NCBI GenBank assembly: GCA_963720495.1
Contig: CAVRFU010000013.1
Location: 154,790 to 218,789, forward strand
Length of the DNA: 64,000 nucleotides
From: an uncultured Chloroflexia bacterium
GTDB lineage: Bacteria; Chloroflexota; Limnocylindria; Limnocylindrales; CSP1-4
Direction: 5' to 3'
Of the stretch, positions 9,393-18,911 are shown one piece after another. Every line of letters begins with the position of its first letter. The stretch's first letter is position 1. The notes beneath the pieces are model-generated. The model was given only the letters and a program-made list of their open reading frames with translations, did not search any database and was not told the origin of the DNA. Position numbers and translations under genes: made by a program.

Positions 9393-10388
9393 ATGACACG
9401 CATCCTCGTCACCGGCGGCGCCGGCTATGTCGGCTCGGTCTCGGTCGACGCGCTGCTCGCGGCCGGCGATGAGGTCGTCGTCCTCGACGACCTGACCACC
9501 GGCCACCGGGCTGCCGTCCCGGCCGAGGCGACCTTCCACCAGGGCACCTACGCGGATGAGGCCGTCCTGGCCCGCCTCCTCGAGGCCGAGCGGATCGAGG
9601 CCATCCTCCACTGCGCCGCCCGGTCGCTGGTCGGCGAATCGATCGTCGACCCGTCGAAGTACTACCGCGACAACGTCGCCGGCGGGGTGGCGCTCCTCGA
9701 GGCCGCGCGGACGGTCGGGGTCGAGCGCATCGTCTTCTCGTCGACCGCGGCGGTCTACGGCGTCCCGGATGCCACGCCGATCCCCGAGGACGCGCCGCTC
9801 CGGCCGATCAACCCGTACGGCGAATCGAAGCGGACGTTCGAGAGCGCCCTGGCCTGGTACGGCCGGGCATACGGCCTGCGGAGCGTCAGCCTTCGCTACT
9901 TCAACGTCGCCGGCGCGACCGAGACGCATCGGCGAGGTCCACGAGCCGGAGACCCATCTCATCCCGAACGTCCTGCTGGCCGCCGAGGGCAGCGCACCGC
10001 TGACCGTCTACGGCGACGACTATCCGACCCCGGACGGGACCTGCCTGCGCGACTACATCCACGTCGCCGACCTCGCCGACGCCCATCTCCGCGCGATCGA
10101 GGCGACCGCGCCCGGCGACGCACGCACGGACGAGCCGCTCGTCTGCAACCTCGGCAACGCCGGCGGCTTCTCGGTCCGCGAGGTGCTGTCGGCCGCGGGC
10201 GACGTCGTCGGGTCGCCCATCCCGTTCAGCGTCGGGCCACGCCGCGCCGGCGATCCGCCGGTCCTCGTGGCGCGCTCGACACGGGCGGCGGAGGTCCTCG
10301 GCTGGCGCCGGCGCGACCGAGCCTGGACGAGATGGTCGGGTCGGCCTGGGCCTGGCGAAGGGCGCATCCCGGCGGCTACCAGGACTGA
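9393..10388 (+). CDS. galE: UDP-glucose 4-epimerase; two compensating frame breaks as assembled (~9927 and ~10305)
   Basis: ILVTGGAGYVGS, YGESK, RYFNVAGA in frame 0. IGEVHEPETHLIPNVL...DYIHVADLADAH...GDPPVLVA in frame 1. RPSLDEMVGSAWAWRRAHPGGY back in frame 0. Confidence 0.85.
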   Translation: MTRILVTGGAGYVGSVSVDALLAAGDEVVVLDDLTTGHRAAVPAEATFHQGTYADEAVLARLLEAERIEAILHCAARSLVGESIVDPSKYYRDNVAGGVALLEAARTVGVERIVFSSTAAVYGVPDATPIPEDAPLRPINPYGESKRTFESALAWYGRAYGLRSVSLRYFNVAGATETHRRGPRAGDPSHPERPAGRRGQRTADRLRRRLSDPGRDLPARLHPRRRPRRRPSPRDRGDRARRRTHGRAARLQPRQRRRLLGPRGAVGRGRRRRVAHPVQRRATPRRRSAGPRGALDTGGGGPRLAPARPSLDEMVGSAWAWRRAHPGGYQD

Positions 10389-10617
10389 GGGTCCGGTCTG
10401 GGACGAGACCGACGGCCTGCCCCCCGACGCCGGGATGCGTCGGGGCCCCCGCCCATCCTGTATGAGTCGCCAGGGGGCGAGGACCCCTACGTCGCGATGC
10501 GACAGCCAACACTCCGAGTCGGGGAGGCCCAGAGGCTTGCCACACGGGCGACGATGAGCGGAATGTGCCAGAGGGTAGGCCGGCTCGCGAGGATGAAAAC
10601 CCGCGCGCGGCCGAAGC

Positions 10618-12014
10618 TCAGCGAGGCTCGAGCGGGACGCCGGCCGGCGACAGCCGCTCCGGCGGCGCGATCGGTCCCATCCCCGGCGGCAGGGCGTCTC
10701 GCCCGAGCCGGCCCAGTCGTCGCGGACCGGCCAGATCAGCCACAGGCCGATCAGCATCGTCACCAGCAGGCTCAGCACGGCGACCTGGTAGGCGCCGTTG
10801 CCGAGCGAGTCGAGCAGCAGGAACAGGATGAGGCCGTACAGCAGCTGGCCGACGACCTGCGAGCCCTTGCCGACGAGTCCGTAGATCCCGAAGAACTCGC
10901 CGATCTTGTCCGGCGGCGACAGGCGGACCATCAGCACGCGGTCCGCCACCTGGACCCCGCCCAGCCCCGATCCGAGGATCGCCCCGGCGACGAGGAACGG
11001 GCACGAGCCCGGCCGGCCCGAACCCGATCGCGACCCCGCCGAGCACCAGCCCGACCGCCCACGACACGAGGACCCAGACGAGCGTCTTCTTCGGGCCCTG
11101 CCGGTCCGCGCAGCGTGCCCCACACGAAGCTCATCGCGATCGCCACCACGGTCAGCAGCAGCAGGACGAGGTTGGCGTTCTGCGGCGACAGCCCCATCGT
11201 CTGCACGACCACGATGCTCATGACCACGATGACCGTGTTGACCGCGTCGGAGTAGAAGAACCGGCCGAGGAGGAACCGCCCAAGGCCCGGCACCTCGCGC
11301 GCGTGCGCGATCGAGCGGCGCAGCTGCCCGAAGGCGTCCCGGATCTCGGCGGCGGTGCACGGCCTTCTGCCCGTCGATCCGCGGCTCGCGCACGAAGACG
11401 AAGATCGGGATCGCGAAGATCAGGAACAGGATGCGAGGTGAGCCGGAACCGGTCGGCGACCGGCACGTCGAGGAAGAAGATCAGGAGCCCGACGAAGACG
11501 GTGCCGCAGTAGCCGATCCCGGTCCCGAGCCCGGACAGCTTGCCGCGCGTCGCCGGGTAGCTGACGGTCTTGAGCGTCGCGTCGTAGTAGATGAGCGCCG
11601 CCTGGTAGGCGAAGTTCGCGACGATGAACAGGACGAGCCCGAGCAGCGGGTCGAGGCTCGCGATGAAGAACGTCGTGCCGATGCACAGCGCCGTGAAGAA
11701 CAGCAGGAACGGCATCCGGCCGGCACCGCGGTCCGAGAACGCCCCGAGGATCGGCGAGACGAGGGCGTTGATGCCGACGCTGGCGACGACCGCGATCGAC
11801 AGCAGCGCGTTCCCGTCGCGCTCGCCGAACTGGTCGACGAGGTACAGCCCGATGGCGCCGGACACGACCGCGAACGAGAAGATCGTGTTGGCGAAGTCGT
11901 ACAGGGCCCACGATGCGGGGACGATGGCCCGGCCGCTCGGTGTCAGTCGCGGCGAGCCCGCGGGCGCCGACCGGTCGGTCGCTCGGATCCGCGAGGCTGG
12001 GCGGCGCTCGTCAC
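10618..12014 (-). pseudogene. MFS transporter, UMF1 (Atg22-like) family, at least five frame breaks; start not resolvable
   Basis: Pieces in all three frames: WALYDFANTIFSFAVVSGAIGLY...; ILFLIFAIPIFVFVREPRIDGQKA; TAAEIRDAFGQLRRSIAHAREVPGLGRFLLGRFFYSDAVNTV...; CADRQGPKKTLVWVLVSWAVGLVLGG; FLVAGAILGSGLGGVQVADRVLMVRLSPPDKIGEFFG.... Breaks near 11435, 11358, 11110, 11010, 10690. Confidence 0.7.
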
Positions 12015-12042
12015 CGGCCGATGATAGACGGCGCCGGCCGGG

Positions 12043-12048
12043 TAGGAT
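12043..12048 (+). promoter_or_regulatory. putative -10 box TAGGAT, 6 nt before ATG 12055 (leaderless operon start)
   Basis: TAnnnT hexamer, no RBS. Lies in the divergent region shared with the MFS gene. Confidence 0.4.
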
Positions 12049-12054
12049 TTGCCC

Positions 12055-12789
12055 ATGACCGAGGGATCGCCCATCCAGACTCCGCCCGGCGAGCCTGCCG
12101 CGGCACCCGACGACCCGACCGGCGCGCGAGCCTTCCTGCCGACCGTCCGGCCGCAGATCTACGGCAGCGGCGCGCCGGACAAGGTGCTCGATCCGATCAT
12201 CGAGCCACTGTGGGTCGGGATCCGGGCACTGGCCGGCAGTCGACGCGGCCGGCGCGATCATCGTCGATGACGACGGCGAGCCCGTGGCCAACATCGAGAC
12301 GATCGTCGACGCCCTCGCCGACGCGGTCCGGGCGACCGGCCTCGTCGTCGACGGCTTCCTGACCAAGCAGACGATCCAGACCGGGGTCGCCGTCTACCAG
12401 TGGTCGGACGAGTCGCCGACGCATGGGCTCGTTCATCGGCCTGCGCCGCAATCGAGCGGTCGACACCGTTGCCCTGCGCGAGGAGGCGCTCCAGGCGAAG
12501 ACCTTCAAGACCGAGGACGAGATCAGCTTCGTCGCGACCGACCTGCTGTGGCTGGACGACACGTCGCTCCTCGACGTCCCGCTGCTCGAACGGCGCCGCT
12601 TGCTCGAGAGCGTGCTCGTCGAATCGGACGTCGTCCGGATCGGGACCTTCGTCCGTCCGCCGATCACCTCGTGGGTCGGCTCGTGGAAGGCCCAGGGCTT
12701 CAACGGCCTGACCTACAAGGCGGCCAACAGCCGCTACCGTCCGGGCGGAAAACCCCGAGTGGGCGGTCAGCGGGATGCCGCGTCGCTGA
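12055..12789 (+). CDS. ATP-dependent DNA ligase-like nucleotidyltransferase-fold protein lacking the catalytic residues; three frame breaks as assembled (~12232, ~12420, ~12750)
   Basis: Collinear with the adenylation domain of LigC at 58671. IEPLWVGIRAL versus FEPKWDGFRAL (motif I Lys and Asp lost). VVDGFLT versus LDGEVV. FVATDLLWLDDTSLLDVPLLERRRLLESVL versus FVAWDLLALGDEDLRAVPQGERRARLEAVL. GFNGLTYKAANSRYRPGG versus GLDGVVAKRLDAPYQPGK. Confidence 0.6.
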
Positions 12790-12806
12790 GGTGGTACGGT
12801 GGAGTC

Positions 12807-14181
12807 GTGCCCGAAACCGCACTCACGCCGGCCATCCGCGACGAGATCGAGCGGCTCGGCCGGGCCGACATCATGGTCGGCATCCCCAGCTTCAAGAACG
12901 CCGCGACGATCGGCTATGTCGTGCGCGCGGCCCAGGCCGGGCTGGTCCAGTACTTCCCTGACCTCCATCCGGTCCTCGTCAACTCGGACGCCGGGTCGCC
13001 CGACGGGACCGGGCGGGTCGTGGTCGAGACCGAGCCGCCCGACTACATCGAGCAGATCCTCCTCGTCCGGCCGACCAACCGCCTCGAGCGGGTCAGCCTG
13101 ACCTACCCGGAGATCGACGGCGTCGGCGGCAAGGGCGCGGCGCTCCGGACGATCTTCGAGATCGCCGACTGCGCTCCAGGTCCAGGCGCTGGTCGTCGTC
13201 GATTCGGACCTGCGCTCGATCGTGCCCGAATGGATCGAGCTGCTGGCCGGGCCCATCGTCAAGGGCGGCTACGACTTCGTGGCGCCGCTGTACGCGCGCT
13301 ACAAGTACGACGGCACGATCACCAACACGGTCACCTACCCGCTCACGCGGGCCCTCTACGGCCATCGCATCCGGCAGCCGATCGGGGGCGACTTCGGGGT
13401 GTCCGGCGACCTCGTCCGGCACTACCTCGAGCTCGACGACTGGACGCCCGACATCAGCCGCTTCGGGATCGACATCTGGATGACGACCTCGGCGATCACC
13501 GGCGGGTACGCGGTCTGCCAGACGCGGCTCGGGGCGAAGATCCACGACCCGAAGGACCCGGGCTCGGACCTCGGGCCGATGTTCCGCCAGGTCGTCGGCA
13601 CGATCCTGCGGCTGGCCAACCGCTATCCCGAGCACTGGCTGCCGATCCGGGGCAGCCACGACGTCCCGGCCTACGGCTTCGAACGGATCATCGAGCCGCC
13701 GCCGCTCGAGGTGAACACGCTCCGGCTGCTGTCCGAGTTCCACGTCGGCTCGCTGACCCTCGCCGACACGTGGCGCTCGATGCTGGCCCCGGCCACGGTC
13801 GCGACCGTCCTGGAGCTGGCCGCCGAGGCCGGGCGCCTCGAGGACGCGGCGCGGACGCGCCTGGGCGTCGGCGGCGACGTCGCGTCGACCACGGCCACGA
13901 CCCTCGAGATGGCCGACGCGGTGGCCGCCTTCCACTTCCCGGACGACCTGTGGGCCCGCGTCATCTACGACCTGATCATCGCCGCCCGCGACCCGCAGCC
14001 GTCGCTCGAGACGCTGGTCGCGTCGCTCGTGCCGATCTACTTCGGGCGGGTCGCCAGCTTCGTCATCGAGAACCGCAACATCCCGACCGACCAGGCCGAG
14101 GAGCGGGTCGAGCGCCAGGCCCGCGAGTTCGAGCTCCTGAAGCCGTACCTCGTCGACCGCTGGACCGAGGCCGGCGGCTGA
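12807..14181 (+). CDS. GT-A fold glycosyltransferase resembling mannosylglycerate/glucosylglycerate synthases (GT78/GT81-like) with long helical C-terminal domain; one frame break (~13170)
   Basis: GTG 12807 after GGTGGAG. IMVGIPSFKNAATIGYVV, NSDAGSPDGT, GGKGAALR, DxD in LVVVDSDLRSIVPEWIE, YARYKYDGTITNTVTYPLTRAL, RQPIGGDFG, RFGIDIWM. Confidence 0.75.
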
Positions 14182-15040
14182 TGGTCGCCAAGGCGCCGCT
14201 GCCGGCGCGCATCCTCATCCCCGTCGCCAACCCGATGACCGCCGAGGAGCTCATCAGGCTGGGCGCGGCGATGCTCGACCGACGGACGGGCGAGCTGTCG
14301 GCGCTCGGCATCGTCGAGGTCCCGGAGGGGATGCCGCTGTCCGAGGGCGCCACCCGGGCGCGGCACGCCCGGCGGCTCCTCCAGCGCGTGCTCGACTACG
14401 CGCCCGACGGCACGACCATCCACCCGATCGTCCGCATCGGCCGGCATGCCGCCGAGGGCATCGTCGAGGCGTCGGCCGAGCAGGAGGCCGACCTCATCAT
14501 CTTCGGCTGGGGCGGGCGAGCCGCCGGCGGCCGCGACGGCACGGGCCCGACCGTCTTCTCGCCGACGATCGACGAGGTCGTCCGCGACTCGCCGTGCGAC
14601 ATCGCCGTCGTCAAGCAGCGCGGGACGAAGGACATCCGGCGGGTCCTCGTCCCGGTCCGCGGCGGACCCGCACGCCGAGCTCGCCCTCCATTTCGCCGAC
14701 GCGATCGCCCGCCATCACGACGCGATCGTCACCGTCCTCCACCTCGTCCCGCCGGGGATCACCCTGGCCGTCCGGGCCCAGGCGGAGCGGGCGCTCGCCG
14801 CGTTCATCAAGCAGCACATCGCGGGCAAGAGCGAGGCCGTCCTGCGCGAGGCGCCCAACGTCCGCAACGCGATCCTGCGCGAGGCCGAGAAGGCCGACCT
14901 CGTGGTCATGGGCGCGTCCACCCAGGCCGGCGGCGCGGATGGCGAGACCTACCTGTTCGGGGCCCTGCCGGAGGCGATCGCCGCCCGCGCCCGGCCGACG
15001 GTGATGGTCGTCAAGACCCGCGAGACCGTCGAACGCGGCG
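14181..15040 (+). CDS. universal stress protein, tandem UspA domains; frame break ~14667; has no stop of its own and appears to read into GpgS through a break at ~15035
   Basis: ATG 14181 overlaps the upstream stop (TGATG). ILIPVANPMTAEELIRLGAAM...ADLIIFGW...DEVVRDSPCDIAVVK, then VLVPVRGGPHAELALHFADAIA...ADLVVMGAS...ARPTVMVVKTRE. Confidence 0.75.
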
Positions 15041-16169
15041 ACGTTCGACCAGCTGGCCGCGCGCGCCGAGACGCTCGCCGCGGCCGACCGGGCCGCCGAG
15101 GAGGCGCGCGCCGTCCCGGTCCGGGTCGAGCGCTGGTTCGGCGAGTCGAACTTCCACCACGCCGAGTTCGCCGACCTGCGCCGGCTCGTGACGCTCAAGG
15201 AGAAGCAGAAGCTGACGGTCAGCCTCGTGCTGCCGACGCTCAACGAGGAGGAGACGATCGGGCCGATCGTCCGGCGGGCGATGCGCGAGATGGTCGGCCG
15301 GGTGCCGCTGCTCGACGAGGTCCTCGTCATCGACTCGGCGTCGACGGATCGCACCCGCGAGATCGCCGAGGCCGAGGGCGCGCGGGTCGTGCAGCATCCC
15401 GACATCCTGCCCCGCTACGGCTCGTTCATCGGCAAGGGCGAGGCGCTCTGGAAGTCGGTCTTCGAGGCGAGCGGCGACATCATCGTGTGGGCCGACACGG
15501 ACGTGAAGAACTGGCACCCGCGGATGGTCTACGGGACGCTCGGGCCGCTGCTCCACGAGCCGCGGCTGCAGTACGTCAAGGGCTACTACCAGCGCCCGAT
15601 CGTCGAGGAAGGCGTCCTCAAGGAGGGCGGCGGCGGCCGGGTCACGGAGCTCGTCGCCCGGCCCCTGATCAACCTGTTCTACCCGGAGCTGTCGGGGATG
15701 ATCCAGCCGCTGGCCGGGCGAGTACGCGGGCCGCCGGTCGCTGCTGGAGGCGATCCCGTTCTTCACGGGCTACGCGGTCGAGATCGGGCACCTCATCGAC
15801 ACCGCCGAGCGGCTCGGCATCGAGGGGCTCGGGCAGGTCGACCTCGAGCGGCGGGTCCACCGCAACCAGGAGCTCGAGGGCCTGTCGCGGATGTCGTTCG
15901 TGATCCTGCAGGCGGTCATGAAGCGGATCGAGGAGCGGCGCAAGGCGCGCCTGTTCGCCGAGATGGGCTCGACGATGAAGCTGCCCCGGTCGGGCCGCGG
16001 CCGGCTCTCGCTGGAGGTCATCGAGCTGGCCGACCAGGAGCGGCCGCCGATGATCCGGATCCCGGAGTACCTCGACCGCCACCGCCCGGAGGGCCTGCCC
16101 GAGGAGATCGTCGCTCCCCGACCGGCCGCTCCGGAAGCGCCGCACGCCCGTCTGATGCCGCGTGGCTGA
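15041..16169 (+). CDS. gpgS: glucosyl-3-phosphoglycerate synthase (GT81); frame break ~15717; probably fused to the upstream USP domains
   Basis: TVSLVLPTLNEEETIG, VLVIDSASTDRT, GKGEALW, WADTDV, GGGRVTELVARPL, QPLAGEYAGRRSLLEAIPFFTGYAVEIGHLID, RVHRNQ. Collinear with mycobacterial GpgS as I recall it. Stop 16167-16169. Confidence 0.85.
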
Positions 16170-17329
16170 CACGCCGCTGACGATCCTCATCGCACCCGAC
16201 TCGTTCAAGGGGTCGCTGACCTCGGTCCAGGTCGCTCGCGCCCTCGCCGACGGCTGGTCGCGCGCCCGCCCCGACGACACGATCCTGCTGTGTCCGCTCG
16301 CGGACGGTGGCGAGGGAACCCTCGCGGCGGTCGCCGCGGCCGGCGGCTGGGAGTGGCAGGAGGCCGATGCGACCGATCCGCTCGGACGATCGATCACGGC
16401 TCGCTGGCTCCGCTCCACCGACGGCGCCCGCGGCGTCATCGAGATGGCCGAGTCGTCCGGCCTGTCGCGGGTGGCGCCCGGTGAGCGCGACGCGGTCCAC
16501 GCGACGTCGAGCGGGCTCGGCGACGTGCTCCGGACCGTCGCCGCGTCGGGTGTCCGGGAGGTGATCCTGGGCATCGGTGGGAGCGCGACGACGGATGGCG
16601 GGTTCGGGATGCTCGAGGCACTGTCGATGGACTACGCCCCACGAGCCGACGGGGCGACGGCACGCGGCATCCCCGAGACGCTCACCGCTGTCGACCTGCA
16701 CGGTCTCGACGGGGACCTGGCGAACATCCGGATGTCGGTCGCCTGCGACGTGTCGAACCCGCTGCTCGGACGGACGGGAGCGGCCGCGGTCTACGGCCCC
16801 CAGAAGGGCGCGACCCCCGCCCTGGTCGCCCTCCTCGACGGCCGCCTCGCTCGCTTCGCGGACCTCCTCGAACCGCGCATCGGGCTCGCCGACGCCCGTC
16901 CGGGACGTGCCGGGTGCCGGCGCGGCCGGCGGGGTCGGGTTCGGGCTGCTCGCGATCCAGGACCGCTTCGCCGGGTTCGCACTGCGGCCGGGCGTCGATC
17001 TCGTCATGGAGGCGACCGACTTCGACGCCCGCCTCGCCGGCGCCGACCTCGTCATCACCGGCGAGGGCCGCATCGACGCCCAGACCGGGTTCGGCAAGAC
17101 GGCTCTCGGCGTCGCCCGCCGTGCCGAGGCAGCCGGCGTCCCGTGTCTCGCCGTCGGCGGGGGCGTCGAGGTCGAAGGCATCGAGGCCCTCGCGGCGGTC
17201 GGTGCCATCGCGGTCCCGGTCACGGAGCATCCGATGACGATCGAAGCCGCGATGGCCGCCGGTGTCGGCCCGGTCGAACGGTGCGGCGAACGTCTCGCCC
17301 GCCTGGTCGGGTTGGCCACGCGGCCCTAG
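16162..17329 (+). CDS. glycerate kinase; one frame break (~16895)
   Basis: GTG 16162 overlaps the gpgS stop (GTGGCTGA). IAPDSFKGSL, PLADGGEGT, GIGGSATTDGG, CDVSNPLLGRTGAAAVYGPQKGA. Then, in the second frame, VPGAGAAGGVGFG, LVITGEGRIDAQTGFGK. Confidence 0.85.
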
Positions 17330-17354
17330 AGGACCTGGGCGTTGGTGGCGCCGG

Positions 17355-17360
17355 TAGACT
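17355..17360 (+). promoter_or_regulatory. putative -10 box TAGACT, 7 nt before ATG 17368 (leaderless)
   Basis: TAnnnT hexamer, no RBS. Confidence 0.4.
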
Positions 17361-17367
17361 GGCCACG

Positions 17368-18223
17368 ATGATCCCTCGCGAGCCGGCCGCCTCGACAGCC
17401 AGCGCCAAGAAGCCAGCCAGGAAGCGGCCGCGCAAGCGCAAGTTCTCGGATCCCGGACGGACGTGGGCCAAGCGACTCGAGCGCTATCGGCCGGGGCTGG
17501 TCACCTTCGTGCTGGACGGACTCGCCGGGATCTACGGCCGGCCCGACCTGGCGGCGCCGGCTCGATCCGACCAGCGAGCTGATCCTGACCATCCTCACCC
17601 AGAACAGCGCCGATACCAGCGCGGAGCTGGCCTTCGAAGCCCTGCGCGCCAGGTATCCGGGCGGCGGCGAGGTCGAGGCGCACAACCCGGGCGCCGGCTG
17701 GGGCGGCGTCGGCCTGCCCGACGGGCGGGCGCCGGACTGGGCGGCCGTCGAGTTCGCGCCGCTCCCGGAGCTCGTGGAGACGATCTGGATCGGCGGGCTC
17801 GGCAACCAGAAGGCGCCACGGATCCAGGCGACGCTGCGCCACATCCGCGAGCAACGGGGCGACTACTCGCTCGAGTTCCTCGGCGACTTCACCGCGCTCG
17901 AGGCGCGCGACTGGCTGACCGCCATCGACGGCATCGGCAAGAAGACCGCCTCGGTGCTGCTGCTGTTCTCGTTCGGCACGCCGCTGATGCCCGTCGACCG
18001 GCACGTCGAGCGGGTCGCGCTCCGGGTCGGTCTCGTCGGCCCCAAGGTCTCCGCCGACGATGCGCATGACCTCTTCCTGGGCCTGCTCGAGCCGGACCAG
18101 ATGTACGAGGCCCACGTCAACCTGATCCAGCACGGACGCAAGGTCTGTCACGCCCAGCGGCCCGACCACGATGCCTGCCCGTTGCGGGCCCGCTGCCGCT
18201 TCGTCGATCCCAAGGCGCCCTGA
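17368..18223 (+). CDS. endonuclease III-like HhH-GPD DNA glycosylase with basic N-terminal tail; one frame break (~17548)
   Basis: LILTILTQNSADT, IDGIGKKTASVLLLFSFG, PVDRHVERV, and a C-terminal cluster motif C-x6-H-x2-C-x5-C. N-terminus KKPARKRPRKRK. Confidence 0.8.
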
Positions 18224-18427
18224 CCACAGGACTTCGTCCGGGGGCGGAGCCCATTGGTCATCCGTTCGGTGTCAGGGCGCACCGGGTGCACCACGCCGCG
18301 ACGCACCTGACCGCTCGGCTCCCCACGTCTCCGACGGTACCAAGGTGCGATGGACGCACCGCACGCCCTCATGGGACGTTTCGGCGACCGGAAGTCACCG
18401 GGGGCTCCGCGGATCAAGTAGGTACCC

Positions 18428-18889
18428 ATGGCCATAATCACGACCCCCAGCCGCGCGAAAGGCAGACGCAGGAAGCGCAGTCGAGGACAGGCTCTCGTCG
18501 AGTTCGCCCTCGTCATCCCCATCTTCCTGCTGGTCCTGTGCGGGATCCTCGACTTCGGGCTGATGCTCTACTCGCGGATGGGCGTGATCAACGCCTCGCG
18601 CGAGGGCGCCCGCGCGTCCGTCACCGCGTCTGATCCGACCACGATCCCCTCGGTCGCCAACGGCGCAGCCAAGAACGCCGCGACCGGGATCTCCGCCGCG
18701 AGCATCACGGTCTCGACGGCGTGTGTCGCGATCAAGACGTCCGGGTCGTGCAACTTCTCGACGAAGACCGCGTCCCAGCCGGGCGACGCCGTGAGCGTGA
18801 CGGTCTCCTACTCGTATCACACGTTCTTCCCGCTCTTCTTCGGGTCATCGATCCCGATGAGCTCCACGGTCCAGATGGTCCTCGAGTGA
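18428..18889 (+). CDS. TadE-like pseudopilin / pilus assembly protein
   Basis: RGQALVEFALVIPIFLLVLCGILDFG TadE-type N-terminus. 153 aa. Confidence 0.8.
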   Translation: MAIITTPSRAKGRRRKRSRGQALVEFALVIPIFLLVLCGILDFGLMLYSRMGVINASREGARASVTASDPTTIPSVANGAAKNAATGISAASITVSTACVAIKTSGSCNFSTKTASQPGDAVSVTVSYSYHTFFPLFFGSSIPMSSTVQMVLE

Positions 18890-18911
18890 GCGAGCTCGCA
18901 GGACCCCGCAC

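Noticed and set aside
12423-15191. 922-aa ORF that looks like a giant multidomain protein
   Set aside because: It is a chimera created by frame slips. It strings together the in-frame parts of the ligase-like gene, the glycosyltransferase N-terminus and the first USP domain with long out-of-frame Arg/Pro-rich stretches.
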